Shown here: positions 9,762 to 19,787 of the stretch, piece after piece | Layout: each line of letters starts with the position of its first letter | Position numbering within the stretch: the stretch's first letter is position 1 | Assembly (NCBI RefSeq): GCF_044324875.1 | Contig: NZ_CP172185.1 | Length of the DNA stretch: 64,000 bases | Direction: 5' to 3' (one strand) | DNA from: Escherichia coli | GTDB lineage: Bacteria; Pseudomonadota; Gammaproteobacteria; Enterobacterales; Enterobacteriaceae | Translations under genes and position numbers: made by a program | The notes under the pieces: model-generated | What the model saw: the letters and a program-made list of their open reading frames with translations, nothing else | Told to the model about the DNA's origin: nothing | The model's database searches: none

Positions 9762-10850
9762 ATGGAGAGGATTGTCGTTACTCTCGGGGAACGTAGTTAC
9801 CCAATTACCATCGCATCTGGTTTGTTTAATGAACCAGCTTCATTCTTACCGCTGAAATCGGGCGAGCAGGTCATGTTGGTTACCAACGAAACCCTGGCTC
9901 CTCTGTATCTCGATAAGGTCCGCGGCGTACTTGAACAGGCGGGTGTTAACGTCGATAGCGTTATCCTCCCTGACGGCGAGCAGTATAAAAGCCTGGCTGT
10001 ACTCGATACCGTCTTTACGGCGTTGTTACAAAAGCCGCATGGTCGCGATACTACGCTGGTGGCGCTTGGCGGCGGCGTAGTGGGCGATCTGACCGGCTTT
10101 GCGGCGGCGAGTTATCAGCGCGGTGTACGTTTCATTCAAGTCCCGACGACGTTGCTGTCGCAGGTCGATTCCTCCGTTGGCGGCAAAACTGCGGTCAACC
10201 ATCCCCTCGGTAAAAACATGATTGGCGCGTTCTACCAGCCTGCTTCAGTGGTGGTGGATCTCGACTGTCTGAAAACGCTTCCCCCGCGTGAGTTAGCGTC
10301 GGGGCTGGCAGAAGTCATCAAATACGGCATTATTCTTGACGGTGCGTTTTTCAACTGGCTGGAAGAGAATCTGGATGCGTTGTTGCGTCTGGACGGTCCG
10401 GCAATGGCGTACTGTATTCGCCGTTGTTGTGAACTGAAGGCAGAAGTTGTCGCCGCCGACGAGCGCGAAACCGGGTTACGTGCTTTACTGAATCTGGGAC
10501 ATACCTTTGGTCATGCCATTGAAGCTGAAATGGGGTATGGCAATTGGTTACACGGTGAAGCGATCGCTGCGGGTATGGTGATGGCGGCGCGGACGTCGCA
10601 ACGTCTCGGGCAGTTTAGTTCTGCCGAAACGCAGCGTATTATAACCCTGCTCACGCGGGCTGGGTTACCGGTCAATGGGCCGCGCGAAATGTCTGCGCAG
10701 GCGTATTTACCGCACATGCTGCGTGACAAGAAAGTCCTTGCGGGAGAGATGCGCTTAATTCTTCCGTTGGCAATTGGTAAGAGTGAAGTTCGCAGCGGCG
10801 TTTCGCACGAGCTTGTTCTTAACGCCATTGCCGATTGTCAATCAGCGTAA
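9762..10850 (+). CDS. aroB: 3-dehydroquinate synthase
   Basis: 362-aa ORF with the full-length AroB sequence ([28 protein letters not shown]), immediately downstream of aroK. Confidence 0.97.
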   Translation: MERIVVTLGERSYPITIASGLFNEPASFLPLKSGEQVMLVTNETLAPLYLDKVRGVLEQAGVNVDSVILPDGEQYKSLAVLDTVFTALLQKPHGRDTTLVALGGGVVGDLTGFAAASYQRGVRFIQVPTTLLSQVDSSVGGKTAVNHPLGKNMIGAFYQPASVVVDLDCLKTLPPRELASGLAEVIKYGIILDGAFFNWLEENLDALLRLDGPAMAYCIRRCCELKAEVVAADERETGLRALLNLGHTFGHAIEAEMGYGNWLHGEAIAAGMVMAARTSQRLGQFSSAETQRIITLLTRAGLPVNGPREMSAQAYLPHMLRDKKVLAGEMRLILPLAIGKSEVRSGVSHELVLNAIADCQSA

Positions 10851-10941
10851 CAACAAGAAAGGTCAGGCCGCTTATCAAGCGGTCTATTAGCTTCAGGTTA
10901 ATTGCAACGTGGTAAGCATTAACCTTTTAGTGGGGTGTTAA

Positions 10942-12228
10942 ATGGATGAATTCAAACCAGAAGACGAGCTGAAACCCGATCCCAGCGATCGTCGTACTGG
11001 TCGTTCTCGTCAATCTTCTGAACGTTCTGAGCGTACTGAACGTGGCGAACCGCAGATCAATTTTGATGATATTGAACTTGATGACACTGACGATCGCCGT
11101 CCGACTCGTGCGCAAAAAGAGCGCAATGAGGAACCGGAACTCGAAGAAGAAATTGACGAATCCGAAGATGAAACCGTGGATGAAGAGCGCGTAGAGCGTC
11201 GTCCGCGTAAGCGCAAAAAAGCAGCCAGTAAACCCGCTTCTCGTCAGTATATGATGATGGGCGTCGGCATTCTGGTTCTCCTGCTGTTGATTATCGGTAT
11301 CGGTTCTGCGCTAAAAGCCCCCTCGACCTCTTCCAGCGATCAAACCGCGTCTGGCGAGAAGAGTATTGATCTTGCTGGCAATGCGACCGATCAGGCGAAT
11401 GGCGTGCAGCCAGCACCGGGAACCACGTCTGCGGAAAATACTCAGCAGGATGTATCTCTGCCGCCGATCTCTTCTACGCCGACTCAAGGGCAAACCCCGG
11501 CGGCAACGGATGGTCAACAACGTGTTGAAGTGCAGGGTGACCTGAACAATGCGCTGACCCAGCCACAAAATCAGCAACAGTTGAACAATGTGGCGGTCAA
11601 TTCCACGTTGCCGACTGAACCCGCGACGGTCGCGCCTGTTCGCAATGGCAATGCATCGCGTGACACGGCGAAAACGCAAACCGCTGAACGTCCGGCCACC
11701 ACGCGTCCAGCTCGTCAGCAGGCGGTGATTGAACCGAAAAAACCGCAAGCAACCGTGAAAACGGAACCGAAGCCGGTAGCTCAGACGCCGAAGCGTATTG
11801 AACCAGCTGCTCCTGTGGCGAGCGCGAAGGCACCGGCTGCGACCTCTACGCCAGCACCAAAAGAGACCGCAACTACGGCTCCAGTACAGACGGCATCCCC
11901 GGCGCAAACCACGGCAACACCAGCCGCTGGAGGGAAGACCGCAGGTAATGTTGGTTCGTTGAAATCGGCACCGTCCAGCCATTACACTCTGCAGCTGAGC
12001 AGTTCCTCTAACTACGACAACCTGAACGGTTGGGCGAAGAAAGAGAATCTGAAAAACTACGTTGTCTATGAAACGACGCGTAATGGTCAGCCGTGGTATG
12101 TCCTGGTTTCTGGCGTGTACGCTTCGAAAGAAGAGGCGAAAAAAGCGGTATCTACATTGCCAGCAGATGTCCAGGCCAAAAACCCGTGGGCGAAACCGCT
12201 GCGTCAGGTACAGGCCGATCTGAAGTAA
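10942..12228 (+). CDS. damX: Cell-division protein DamX (SPOR domain)
   Basis: 428-aa ORF with an acidic N-terminus, one TM segment ([18 protein letters not shown]), a Pro/Thr/Gln-rich linker and a C-terminal SPOR-like domain ([21 protein letters not shown]). Confidence 0.95.
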   Translation: MDEFKPEDELKPDPSDRRTGRSRQSSERSERTERGEPQINFDDIELDDTDDRRPTRAQKERNEEPELEEEIDESEDETVDEERVERRPRKRKKAASKPASRQYMMMGVGILVLLLLIIGIGSALKAPSTSSSDQTASGEKSIDLAGNATDQANGVQPAPGTTSAENTQQDVSLPPISSTPTQGQTPAATDGQQRVEVQGDLNNALTQPQNQQQLNNVAVNSTLPTEPATVAPVRNGNASRDTAKTQTAERPATTRPARQQAVIEPKKPQATVKTEPKPVAQTPKRIEPAAPVASAKAPAATSTPAPKETATTAPVQTASPAQTTATPAAGGKTAGNVGSLKSAPSSHYTLQLSSSSNYDNLNGWAKKENLKNYVVYETTRNGQPWYVLVSGVYASKEEAKKAVSTLPADVQAKNPWAKPLRQVQADLK

Positions 12229-12334
12229 TCAAGGTTATCTCCCGCAATGGTTTATCATCGCGGGAGTTGCCTGAAGCGCTGGATGCTGTCGGAGCTTTCT
12301 CCACAGCCGGAGAAGGTGTAATTAGTTAGTCAGC

Positions 12335-13171
12335 ATGAAGAAAAATCGCGCTTTTTTGAAGTGGGCAGGGGGCAAGTATCCCCTGCTTGATGATATTAAA
12401 CGGCATTTGCCCAAGGGCGAATGTCTGGTTGAGCCTTTTGTAGGTGCCGGGTCGGTGTTTCTCAACACCGACTTTTCTCGTTATATCCTTGCCGATATCA
12501 ATAGCGACCTGATCAGTCTCTATAACATTGTGAAGATGCGTACTGATGAGTACGTACAGGCCGCACGCGAGCTGTTTGTTCCCGAAACAAATTGCGCCGA
12601 GGTTTACTATCAGTTCCGCGAAGAGTTCAACAAAAGCCAGGATCCGTTCCGTCGGGCGGTACTGTTTTTATATTTGAACCGCTACGGTTACAACGGCCTG
12701 TGTCGTTACAATCTGCGCGGTGAGTTTAACGTGCCGTTTGGCCGCTACAAAAAACCCTATTTCCCGGAAGCAGAGTTGTATCACTTCGCTGAAAAAGCGC
12801 AGAATGCCTTTTTCTATTGTGAGTCTTACGCCGATAGCATGGCGCGCGCAGATGATGCATCCGTCGTCTATTGCGATCCGCCTTATGCGCCGCTGTCTGC
12901 GACTGCCAACTTTACGGCGTATCACACAAACAGTTTTACGCTTGAACAACAAGCGCATCTGGCGGAGATCGCCGAAGGTCTGGTTGATCGCCATATTCCA
13001 GTGCTGATCTCCAATCACGATACGATGTTAACGCGTGAGTGGTATCAGCGCGCAAAATTGCATGTCGTCAAAGTTCGACGCAGTATAAGCAGCAACGGCG
13101 GCACACGTAAAAAGGTGGACGAACTGCTGGCTTTGTACAAACCAGGAGTCGTTTCACCCGCGAAAAAATAA
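12335..13171 (+). CDS. dam: DNA adenine methyltransferase (GATC)
   Basis: 278-aa ORF with the AdoMet motif EPFVGAGSV and the catalytic motif DPPY ([11 protein letters not shown]). Confidence 0.98.
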   Translation: MKKNRAFLKWAGGKYPLLDDIKRHLPKGECLVEPFVGAGSVFLNTDFSRYILADINSDLISLYNIVKMRTDEYVQAARELFVPETNCAEVYYQFREEFNKSQDPFRRAVLFLYLNRYGYNGLCRYNLRGEFNVPFGRYKKPYFPEAELYHFAEKAQNAFFYCESYADSMARADDASVVYCDPPYAPLSATANFTAYHTNSFTLEQQAHLAEIAEGLVDRHIPVLISNHDTMLTREWYQRAKLHVVKVRRSISSNGGTRKKVDELLALYKPGVVSPAKK

Positions 13172-13188
13172 TTCTCAAGGAGAAGCGG

Positions 13189-13866
13189 ATGAAACAGTAT
13201 TTGATTGCCCCCTCAATTCTGTCGGCTGATTTTGCCCGCCTGGGTGAAGATACCGCAAAAGCCCTGGCAGCTGGCGCTGATGTCGTGCATTTTGACGTCA
13301 TGGATAACCACTATGTTCCCAATCTGACGATTGGGCCAATGGTGCTGAAATCCTTGCGTAACTACGGCATTACCGCCCCTATCGACGTACACCTGATGGT
13401 GAAACCGGTCGATCGCATTGTGCCTGATTTCGCTGCCGCTGGTGCCAGCATCATTACCTTTCATCCAGAAGCCTCCGAGCATGTTGACCGCACGCTGCAA
13501 CTGATTAAAGAAAATGGCTGTAAAGCGGGTCTGGTATTTAACCCGGCGACACCTCTGAGCTATCTGGATTACGTGATGGACAAACTGGATGTGATCCTGC
13601 TGATGTCCGTCAACCCAGGTTTCGGCGGTCAGTCTTTCATTCCGCAAACACTGGATAAACTGCGCGAAGTACGTCGTCGTATCGACGAGTCTGGCTTTGA
13701 CATTCGTCTGGAAGTGGACGGTGGCGTGAAGGTGAACAACATTGGCGAAATCGCTGCGGCGGGCGCAGATATGTTCGTCGCCGGTTCGGCAATCTTCGAC
13801 CAGCCAGACTACAAAAAAGTCATTGATGAAATGCGCAGTGAACTGGCAAAGGTAAGTCATGAATAA
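13189..13866 (+). CDS. rpe: Ribulose-phosphate 3-epimerase
   Basis: 225-aa ORF with the typical Rpe sequence ([25 protein letters not shown]). Confidence 0.97.
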   Translation: MKQYLIAPSILSADFARLGEDTAKALAAGADVVHFDVMDNHYVPNLTIGPMVLKSLRNYGITAPIDVHLMVKPVDRIVPDFAAAGASIITFHPEASEHVDRTLQLIKENGCKAGLVFNPATPLSYLDYVMDKLDVILLMSVNPGFGGQSFIPQTLDKLREVRRRIDESGFDIRLEVDGGVKVNNIGEIAAAGADMFVAGSAIFDQPDYKKVIDEMRSELAKVSHE

Positions 13867-14617
13867 GTTTGAAGATATTCGCGGCGTCGCTTTTGATCTC
13901 GATGGTACGCTGGTGGACAGTGCTCCTGGCTTGGCTACCGCAGTAGATATGGCGCTGTATGCGCTGGAGTTGCCCGTCGCAGGTGAAGAACGCGTTATAA
14001 CCTGGATTGGTAACGGCGCAGATGTTCTGATGGAGCGCGCATTGACCTGGGCGCGTCAGGAACGTGCGACTCTGCGTAAAACAATGGGTAAACCGCCCGT
14101 TGATGACGACATTCCGGCAGAAGAACAAGTACGTATTCTGCGTAAACTATTCGATCGCTACTATGGCGAGGTTGCCGAAGAGGGGACGTTTTTGTTCCCG
14201 CACGTTGCCGATACGCTGGGCGCATTGCAGGCTAAAGGCCTGCCGTTGGGCCTGGTCACCAACAAACCGACGCCGTTCGTCGCGCCGCTGCTGGAAGCCT
14301 TAGATATCGCTAAATACTTCAGCGTGGTGATTGGTGGTGATGATGTGCAAAACAAAAAACCGCATCCGGACCCGCTGTTACTGGTGGCTGAGCGGATGGG
14401 AATTGCTCCACAACAGATGCTGTTTGTTGGCGACTCACGCAATGATATTCAGGCAGCAAAAGCGGCAGGTTGCCCATCAGTTGGCTTAACCTACGGATAT
14501 AACTACGGCGAGGCTATCGATCTCAGCCAGCCTGATGTAATTTATCAGTCTATAAATGACCTTCTGCCCGCATTAGGGCTTCCGCATAGCGAAAATCAGG
14601 AATCGAAAAATGACTAA
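13859..14617 (+). CDS. gph: Phosphoglycolate phosphatase (HAD family)
   Basis: 252-aa ORF with HAD motif I ([10 protein letters not shown]) and motif IV (VGDSRNDI). It overlaps the rpe stop codon by 8 nt. Confidence 0.96.
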   Translation: MNKFEDIRGVAFDLDGTLVDSAPGLATAVDMALYALELPVAGEERVITWIGNGADVLMERALTWARQERATLRKTMGKPPVDDDIPAEEQVRILRKLFDRYYGEVAEEGTFLFPHVADTLGALQAKGLPLGLVTNKPTPFVAPLLEALDIAKYFSVVIGGDDVQNKKPHPDPLLLVAERMGIAPQQMLFVGDSRNDIQAAKAAGCPSVGLTYGYNYGEAIDLSQPDVIYQSINDLLPALGLPHSENQESKND

Positions 14618-15614
14618 GCCCATCGTTTTTAGTGGCGCACAGCCCTCAGGTGAATTGACCATTGGTAACTACATGGGTGCGCTGCGTCAGTGGGTAAACA
14701 TGCAGGATGACTACCATTGCATTTACTGTATCGTTGACCAACACGCGATCACCGTGCGCCAGGATGCACAGAAGCTGCGTAAAGCGACGCTGGATACGCT
14801 GGCCTTGTATCTGGCTTGTGGTATCGATCCTGAGAAAAGCACCATTTTTGTTCAGTCCCACGTACCAGAACATGCGCAGTTAGGCTGGGCACTGAACTGC
14901 TATACCTACTTCGGCGAACTGAGCCGCATGACGCAGTTTAAAGATAAATCTGCGCGTTATGCCGAGAACATCAATGCTGGTCTGTTTGACTATCCGGTGC
15001 TGATGGCAGCGGACATCCTGCTGTATCAAACTAATCTGGTACCGGTGGGTGAAGACCAGAAACAGCACCTGGAACTGAGCCGCGATATCGCCCAGCGTTT
15101 TAACGCGCTGTATGGCGAGATCTTTAAAGTGCCGGAGCCGTTTATTCCGAAATCTGGCGCGCGCGTAATGTCGCTGCTGGAGCCGACCAAAAAGATGTCC
15201 AAGTCTGACGATAACCGCAATAACGTTATCGGCCTGCTGGAAGATCCGAAATCGGTGGTGAAGAAAATCAAACGCGCGGTCACCGACTCCGACGAGCCGC
15301 CGGTAGTTCGCTACGATGTGCAGAACAAAGCGGGCGTTTCCAACCTGCTGGATATCCTTTCTGCGGTAACGGGCCAGAGCATCCCGGAACTGGAAAAACA
15401 GTTCGAAGGCAAGATGTATGGTCATCTGAAAGGCGAAGTGGCTGATGCCGTTTCCGGTATGCTGACTGAATTGCAGGAACGCTATCACCGTTTCCGCAAT
15501 GACGAAGCCTTCCTGCAACAGGTGATGAAAGATGGCGCGGAAAAAGCCAGCGCACACGCTTCCCGTACGCTAAAAGCGGTGTACGAAGCGATTGGTTTTG
15601 TGGCGAAGCCGTAA
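14610..15614 (+). CDS. trpS: Tryptophan--tRNA ligase
   Basis: 334-aa ORF, class I aaRS with a HIGH-like motif (TIGNYMGA) and an exact KMSKS motif. It overlaps the gph stop codon by 8 nt. Confidence 0.98.
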   Translation: MTKPIVFSGAQPSGELTIGNYMGALRQWVNMQDDYHCIYCIVDQHAITVRQDAQKLRKATLDTLALYLACGIDPEKSTIFVQSHVPEHAQLGWALNCYTYFGELSRMTQFKDKSARYAENINAGLFDYPVLMAADILLYQTNLVPVGEDQKQHLELSRDIAQRFNALYGEIFKVPEPFIPKSGARVMSLLEPTKKMSKSDDNRNNVIGLLEDPKSVVKKIKRAVTDSDEPPVVRYDVQNKAGVSNLLDILSAVTGQSIPELEKQFEGKMYGHLKGEVADAVSGMLTELQERYHRFRNDEAFLQQVMKDGAEKASAHASRTLKAVYEAIGFVAKP

Positions 15615-15629
15615 TTTAACATTAATGCC

Positions 15630-15656
15630 AAAAACCGGGGAAACCCGGTTTTTTTA
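15630..15656 (+). terminator. trpS rho-independent terminator
   Basis: Hairpin aaaaaCCGGGgaaaCCCGGttttttt located 16 nt after the trpS stop codon. Confidence 0.85.
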
Positions 15657-15774
15657 TCCTCTTTTTGTAATAATCCGAAAAAATGTGAAGCGCCTCGCCG
15701 TTTCCACATCTCGCAGTTGCCACTTATCTTCATTTTTATGAAGATATAAATATTCATTTTATTGAAAATTTACT

Positions 15775-16680
15775 ATGCGTCGAACGTTTATCAAAAAAGA
15801 AGGCGTCGTCATCACGACACTGGCCCGTTATTTGTTGGGTGAAAAGTGCGGTAATCGACTGAAAACCATAGATGAGCTGGCAACTGAATGCCGTTCATCC
15901 GTTGGCCTGACGCAGGCCGCGTTGAAAACGCTGGAATCAAGCGGAGCGATACGGATTGAACGCCGTGGGCGCAATGGCAGTTATCTGGTCGAGATGGATA
16001 ACAAAGCATTGCTGACTCATGTGGATATCAACAACGTGGTATGTGCGATGCCCTTGCCCTATACCCGTTTGTACGAAGGCCTGGCGAGCGGATTGAAAGC
16101 CCAGTTCGATGGCATTCCTTTTTACTATGCGCATATGCGCGGCGCGGATATTCGCGTGGAGTGTTTACTTAACGGCGTGTATGACATGGCGGTTGTTTCC
16201 CGACTGGCGGCGGAAAGTTATCTCACGCAAAAAGGCTTATGCCTCGCGCTGGAGTTGGGGCCGCACACCTACGTTGGCGAGCACCAGTTGATTTGCCGTA
16301 AAGGCGAGTCCGCAAACGTGAAGCGCGTGGGGCTGGATAACCGTTCGGCGGATCAGAAAATCATGACCGATGTCTTTTTTGGCGATAGTGATGTGGAACG
16401 TGTCGATCTCTCTTATCACGAGAGTTTACAACGCATTGTTAAAGGCGATGTTGATGCGGTGATCTGGAACGTGGTGGCGGAAAACGAACTGACCATGCTG
16501 GGATTAGAAGCGACGCCGCTCACAGACGATCCGCGATTTTTACAGGCCACCGAAGCCGTGATCCTGACGCGAGTCGATGATTACCCAATGCAACAATTGC
16601 TGCGTGCAGTTGTTGATAAACAGGCCCTGCTTGCCCATCAACAACGAGTGGTCAGTGGGGAACAGGAACCCAGTTATTAA
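15775..16680 (+). CDS. yhfZ: Putative GntR-like winged-helix regulator YhfZ
   Basis: 301-aa ORF. The N-terminus (LKTIDELATECRSSVGLTQAALKTLESSGAIRIERRGRNGSYL) looks like a GntR-type wHTH. It is the first gene of the yhfZ-yhfS cluster, as in K-12. Confidence 0.85.
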   Translation: MRRTFIKKEGVVITTLARYLLGEKCGNRLKTIDELATECRSSVGLTQAALKTLESSGAIRIERRGRNGSYLVEMDNKALLTHVDINNVVCAMPLPYTRLYEGLASGLKAQFDGIPFYYAHMRGADIRVECLLNGVYDMAVVSRLAAESYLTQKGLCLALELGPHTYVGEHQLICRKGESANVKRVGLDNRSADQKIMTDVFFGDSDVERVDLSYHESLQRIVKGDVDAVIWNVVAENELTMLGLEATPLTDDPRFLQATEAVILTRVDDYPMQQLLRAVVDKQALLAHQQRVVSGEQEPSY

Positions 16681-16801
16681 ACGAAAGGCATCTGAAATGG
16701 AAACCAGACTCAACCTGCTTTGCGATGCAGGCGTTATTGATAAGGACATCTGCAAAGGCATGATGCAGGTCGTCAACGTACTGGAAACTGAGTGTCATCT
16801 A

Positions 16802-16807
16802 CCGGTG
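16802..16807. repeat. Target-site duplication CCGGTG (left copy)
   Basis: An identical hexamer directly abuts both IS ends. An adjacent A makes a 7-bp reading (ACCGGTG) possible if the IS is taken to end in ...TTTGC. Confidence 0.8.
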
Positions 16808-16880
16808 TGCGTATTCCGCTCTATTCGATCACGGATTGGCATCGAAGTCCGATCAGCGATTCGCATCCATTCGATCAACC
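16808..16880. repeat. IS end distal to istA: terminal IR plus about 3 subterminal repeats
   Basis: TGCGTATTCCGCTCT then ATTCGATCACGGATTGGCAT, TCCGATCAGCGATTCGCAT and ATTCGATCAACC. The repeats are about 23 bp apart and each contains a GATC (16827, 16851, 16873). Confidence 0.8.
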
Positions 16881-16906
16881 GGGAACTTAACTTTTTCTAC
16901 CGCTTT

Positions 16907-17662
16907 TTAACGCGTTTTTTCGCTGCTTTCCACTACCGGGGGATTTTTCCTCAGTGACTCTCCCTGAAGGACCACTCGGTGTGAGTTATGTACCAGTCTG
17001 TCCAGGATGGCATCTGCTGTTGTTGGGTTCTCCATCAGACCATGCCATTTATCTACCGGGAACTGGCTTACCACTATCGTGCTGCTTTGTCCGTAACGAT
17101 CCTCTATGAGCTCCAGAAGGTCATTACACTGGGCGTTACTTAACTGTTCCAGCCCCAGATCGTCCAGGATTAGAACCTGTATTTTTTGCAACTGTTTCAG
17201 ATATTTCAGCCAGCTGCCATCAACACGTCCCTGAGCCAGTTGTTCCAGTAATCGCCCGGTTCTACAGTACCGGACGCTGTGTTTCTGTCGACATGCCTGT
17301 TCGCCCAGCGCATTGGCTATCCAGCTCTTGCCACATCCTGTCGGACCGGTTATCAGCAGGTTTTTCCTGTGGGTTATGTAGTGGCCGTTCAGCAGTTCTC
17401 TCATCTGTTCAGCCCGCAGACCTCTTGAGGCCGGATAGCGCAGCCCTTCCGGTGTTGCCTGGTATTTCAGGCCGGCATTTTTTCTCAACCGTGCCACACG
17501 GCTGTTTTCCCTGCTCAGAAGCTCGTCATCAACCAGCAGCGTCAGCCTTTCCTCGAACGACAGTTCGTCGTAGGTCTGAGGCGTTTCCCGCTGCCGTATC
17601 AGGCTCCCGGCCATCGCCGGGAGTTTCAGTTGGGTCAGTTTGTTTAACAGGTTATCACTCAT
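16907..17662 (-). CDS. istB: IstB-like AAA+ ATPase transposition helper
   Basis: 251 aa counted from MSDNLLNKLTQLKLPAMAG, with Walker A (GPTGCGKS) and Walker B (VLILDDLG). It starts 16 nt after the istA stop codon, with aagga upstream. The track ORF carries an 81-codon overlap extension. Confidence 0.92.
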   Translation of the reverse strand: MSDNLLNKLTQLKLPAMAGSLIRQRETPQTYDELSFEERLTLLVDDELLSRENSRVARLRKNAGLKYQATPEGLRYPASRGLRAEQMRELLNGHYITHRKNLLITGPTGCGKSWIANALGEQACRQKHSVRYCRTGRLLEQLAQGRVDGSWLKYLKQLQKIQVLILDDLGLEQLSNAQCNDLLELIEDRYGQSSTIVVSQFPVDKWHGLMENPTTADAILDRLVHNSHRVVLQGESLRKNPPVVESSEKTR

Positions 17663-17678
17663 ACTGTTGTTCCTTCTG

Positions 17679-19214
17679 TCAGTGGTAGTAGCCCGGACCA
17701 CGCAGGTTTTCATGCTCTGAAGCATATGCCGGATGTTGTTCGCCCTGGCGGGATAATGGAAGCTCCAGGTTCTCCCGATGGTGACGCAGCAGATTGTCGA
17801 TAAAGCGTCTGTCAGGGGCGTTATAGTGCAGGGCAACGTAACAGGCCTTTTCCAGCCGTTCCGGGCCGTATTTTTTCTGAAGTGCCAGCAGCCCCAGAAC
17901 TGCACGATAAGCCAGTTCCGGATGGGGTTTTGCCTTCAGCATGGATTCAACCACCCGGCCTGTGGACGGGCCCGTACGTTTTCCCTGCTCGATCAGGCGT
18001 TCCGGTGTCCATGTCCCGTGCTGCCGGTGGCGCTCTGGCATGTGAAGCGGATTGGTTGTGTGTTTATATTCATGTGTGCTGCGCGGATGTTGCGCCACAC
18101 ACTGCCCCTTGTGCCAGAGCTGTACCACCGACTGCCCCGCCTTCAGTGACAGACGCTGACCGACCAGTTCGTGTGGAACGGAGTACCAGTGACGGGCATA
18201 TTCAACGTGGTAGTCAGGGCCAACCTTCACAGCTTTGTATTCCGTGTATTCATAAGGTGCCAGAGGCAGCGGAGAGAGTGCTGGCGCATCCAGTATGCGG
18301 AAGCGTTCTGCACGGGTTTGATTGCCGTACCCCTTCATTGGCCGGTTATTCATGTCTGTCAGTAACTCCCTAAGGCGCGCATTCAGCGCCCTGAGCGTGT
18401 GGAAGGTTTCATTACGGATGCGGGCAAGAAGCCATCGTTCAACGATGAGGACGCCGTTTTCTGCTTTTGGTTTATCTTTAGGTTTGCGTGGTCGGGCCGG
18501 GATGATAACCGTGCCATAGTGCTCAGCCAGTGCCTGATAACTGTCGTTGATGACAGGCTCATATCGATCGGCCTTTTTCACTGCGCTTCTGAGGTTATCG
18601 GGGATGAGCAGCTTCGGTACGCCGCCCAGGAAGGTCAGGCAACGGCTGTGGGCATTTAACCATGACATCATGTCCTGACCTTCGCACGCTTCAACGTAGG
18701 TATAGTTGGACGCCCCCATTACGGCCACGAAGATTGCCACGCGGCGTATCTCACCGGTGTCCGGATTAATAACAGGAACCGTAGGACCACAGAAGTCGAT
18801 AAAAAGCTTTTCGCCGGCACGATGCTCCTGGCGCATGGAGAGACGTCGCGTTTTTTTCCACTCCCGGTAGCAACGGCAGAAGTGCGAGTATCCCATCGCT
18901 TTGTTACCCGCCTGTGCCTTGTATTCCATCCACAACAGTTGCCGCGTCACACCTGGTTTTCTCATTTCCGTATCGAAGTACAACATGTCAGGCATTACAA
19001 GCTCTGATGCAAAGGTGTCTTTGGGCGGAAAAATGAGTTTCTCCAGCGTGTCATGGGATATATCAGCAGGTAATGGCCATGACAGAGAAGAGGCTTTGAA
19101 GCGGGCAAGAACCTCAAAAACGGTTGAGGCGCTGATGTGTAACGTCAGTCCGATACAACGGTTAGTCAGCTTCTTGTCGAACTTGAGCTGAAGGATCTTA
19201 AAACAGGTTTCCAT
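17679..19214 (-). CDS. istA: IstA-like DDE transposase
   Basis: 511 aa counted from METCFKILQLKF, with the SD sequence aggag 5 nt upstream. It has an N-terminal HTH region and an rve-type integrase core (FIDFCGP..., NYTYVEA..., PARPRKPKDKPKAENGV). The track ORF adds 37 codons that run into the terminal repeats. Confidence 0.9.
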   Translation of the reverse strand: METCFKILQLKFDKKLTNRCIGLTLHISASTVFEVLARFKASSLSWPLPADISHDTLEKLIFPPKDTFASELVMPDMLYFDTEMRKPGVTRQLLWMEYKAQAGNKAMGYSHFCRCYREWKKTRRLSMRQEHRAGEKLFIDFCGPTVPVINPDTGEIRRVAIFVAVMGASNYTYVEACEGQDMMSWLNAHSRCLTFLGGVPKLLIPDNLRSAVKKADRYEPVINDSYQALAEHYGTVIIPARPRKPKDKPKAENGVLIVERWLLARIRNETFHTLRALNARLRELLTDMNNRPMKGYGNQTRAERFRILDAPALSPLPLAPYEYTEYKAVKVGPDYHVEYARHWYSVPHELVGQRLSLKAGQSVVQLWHKGQCVAQHPRSTHEYKHTTNPLHMPERHRQHGTWTPERLIEQGKRTGPSTGRVVESMLKAKPHPELAYRAVLGLLALQKKYGPERLEKACYVALHYNAPDRRFIDNLLRHHRENLELPLSRQGEQHPAYASEHENLRGPGYYH

Positions 19215-19317
19215 AGTGCTCCTGGATTTTCTCTTTCTGGACATTGACGTCTCCACTGGTTTAAACACGGCAATGGAGACTGTGGTGAAAAGAGTTAATT
19301 CCCGGAGTGACTGGCAG

Positions 19318-19446
19318 GATGCCAATCAATGATCGGAAGCATGCCAAATCGTGATCGATTGTGATGCCAAACTGTGATCGGAGATGGATGCCAAATCATG
19401 ATCGATTCGAATGCCAAACTGCGATCGATTCAGATGCCATTTTGCA
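19318..19446. repeat. IS end proximal to istA: six phased copies of ATGCCAAAYNNYGATCGRWT ending in the terminal IR
   Basis: ATGCC cores lie at 19319, 19341, 19364, 19388, 19411 and 19434, giving a 22-24 bp period. Five of the six copies carry a GATC (19331, 19353, 19376, 19400, 19423). Confidence 0.85.
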
Positions 19447-19452
19447 CCGGTG
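19447..19452. repeat. Target-site duplication CCGGTG (right copy)
   Basis: The hexamer is identical to 16802-16807 and lies immediately outside the IS terminal ...TTTTGCA. Confidence 0.8.
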
Positions 19453-19787
19453 CGCAGCGAGCAAGGAATGATGGCGATGACACATATGGCGAGCGCACTG
19501 ATGCGCAGTCGCCGTGGTGAAGAAATAGAGCCGCTGGACGCCGAATTGCTGGCAGAACTGGCGCAATCCAGCCACTGGCAAGCCGTTGTGCAATTGCATC
19601 AGGTATTGTTGAAGGAATTTGCACTGGAAGTTAACTCGTGTGAAGAAGGCTATTTGCTGGCCAACCTTTATGGATTATGGATGGCCGCGAACGAAGAGGC
19701 CTGAAGCTCACTACAAATCCACGTCGCATATCTTAAATATTCAAAAAAATGAATATTTGATTCAAGGAACAGAAACGAGGCAACAAG

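Larger units (their letters stand above)
16808..19446 (-). mobile_element. IS21-family insertion sequence (istA-istB), 2,639 bp, apparently intact
   Basis: The element begins TG and ends CA and has related imperfect terminal inverted repeats. Multiple subterminal repeats are present at both ends. It carries two tandem ORFs (DDE transposase plus AAA+ helper), is flanked by a direct repeat CCGGTG, and interrupts a known gene. Confidence 0.93.
16697..19704 (+). pseudogene. yhfY: yhfY disrupted by IS insertion (5' fragment 16697-16807, 3' fragment 19447/19453-19704)
   Basis: Codons 1-37 (METRLNLLCDAGVIDKDICKGMMQVVNVLETECHLPV) end at 16807. The remainder (RSEQGMMAMTHMASALMRSRRGEEIEPLDAELL...ANEEA*) resumes after the IS. 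Removing 16808-19452 in silico restores one 120-codon frame. Confidence 0.92.

Noticed and set aside
11311-11982. 223-aa Arg/Cys/Trp-rich minus-strand ORF opposite damX. Similar antisense ORFs lie opposite rpe (13213-13860), trpS (14880-15557), slyD (52219-52818), rplC (62705-63406) and rplD (63342-63977).
   Set aside because: All are mirror frames of confidently identified genes. Their sequences are compositionally aberrant and the ORFs end near the boundaries of the sense gene.
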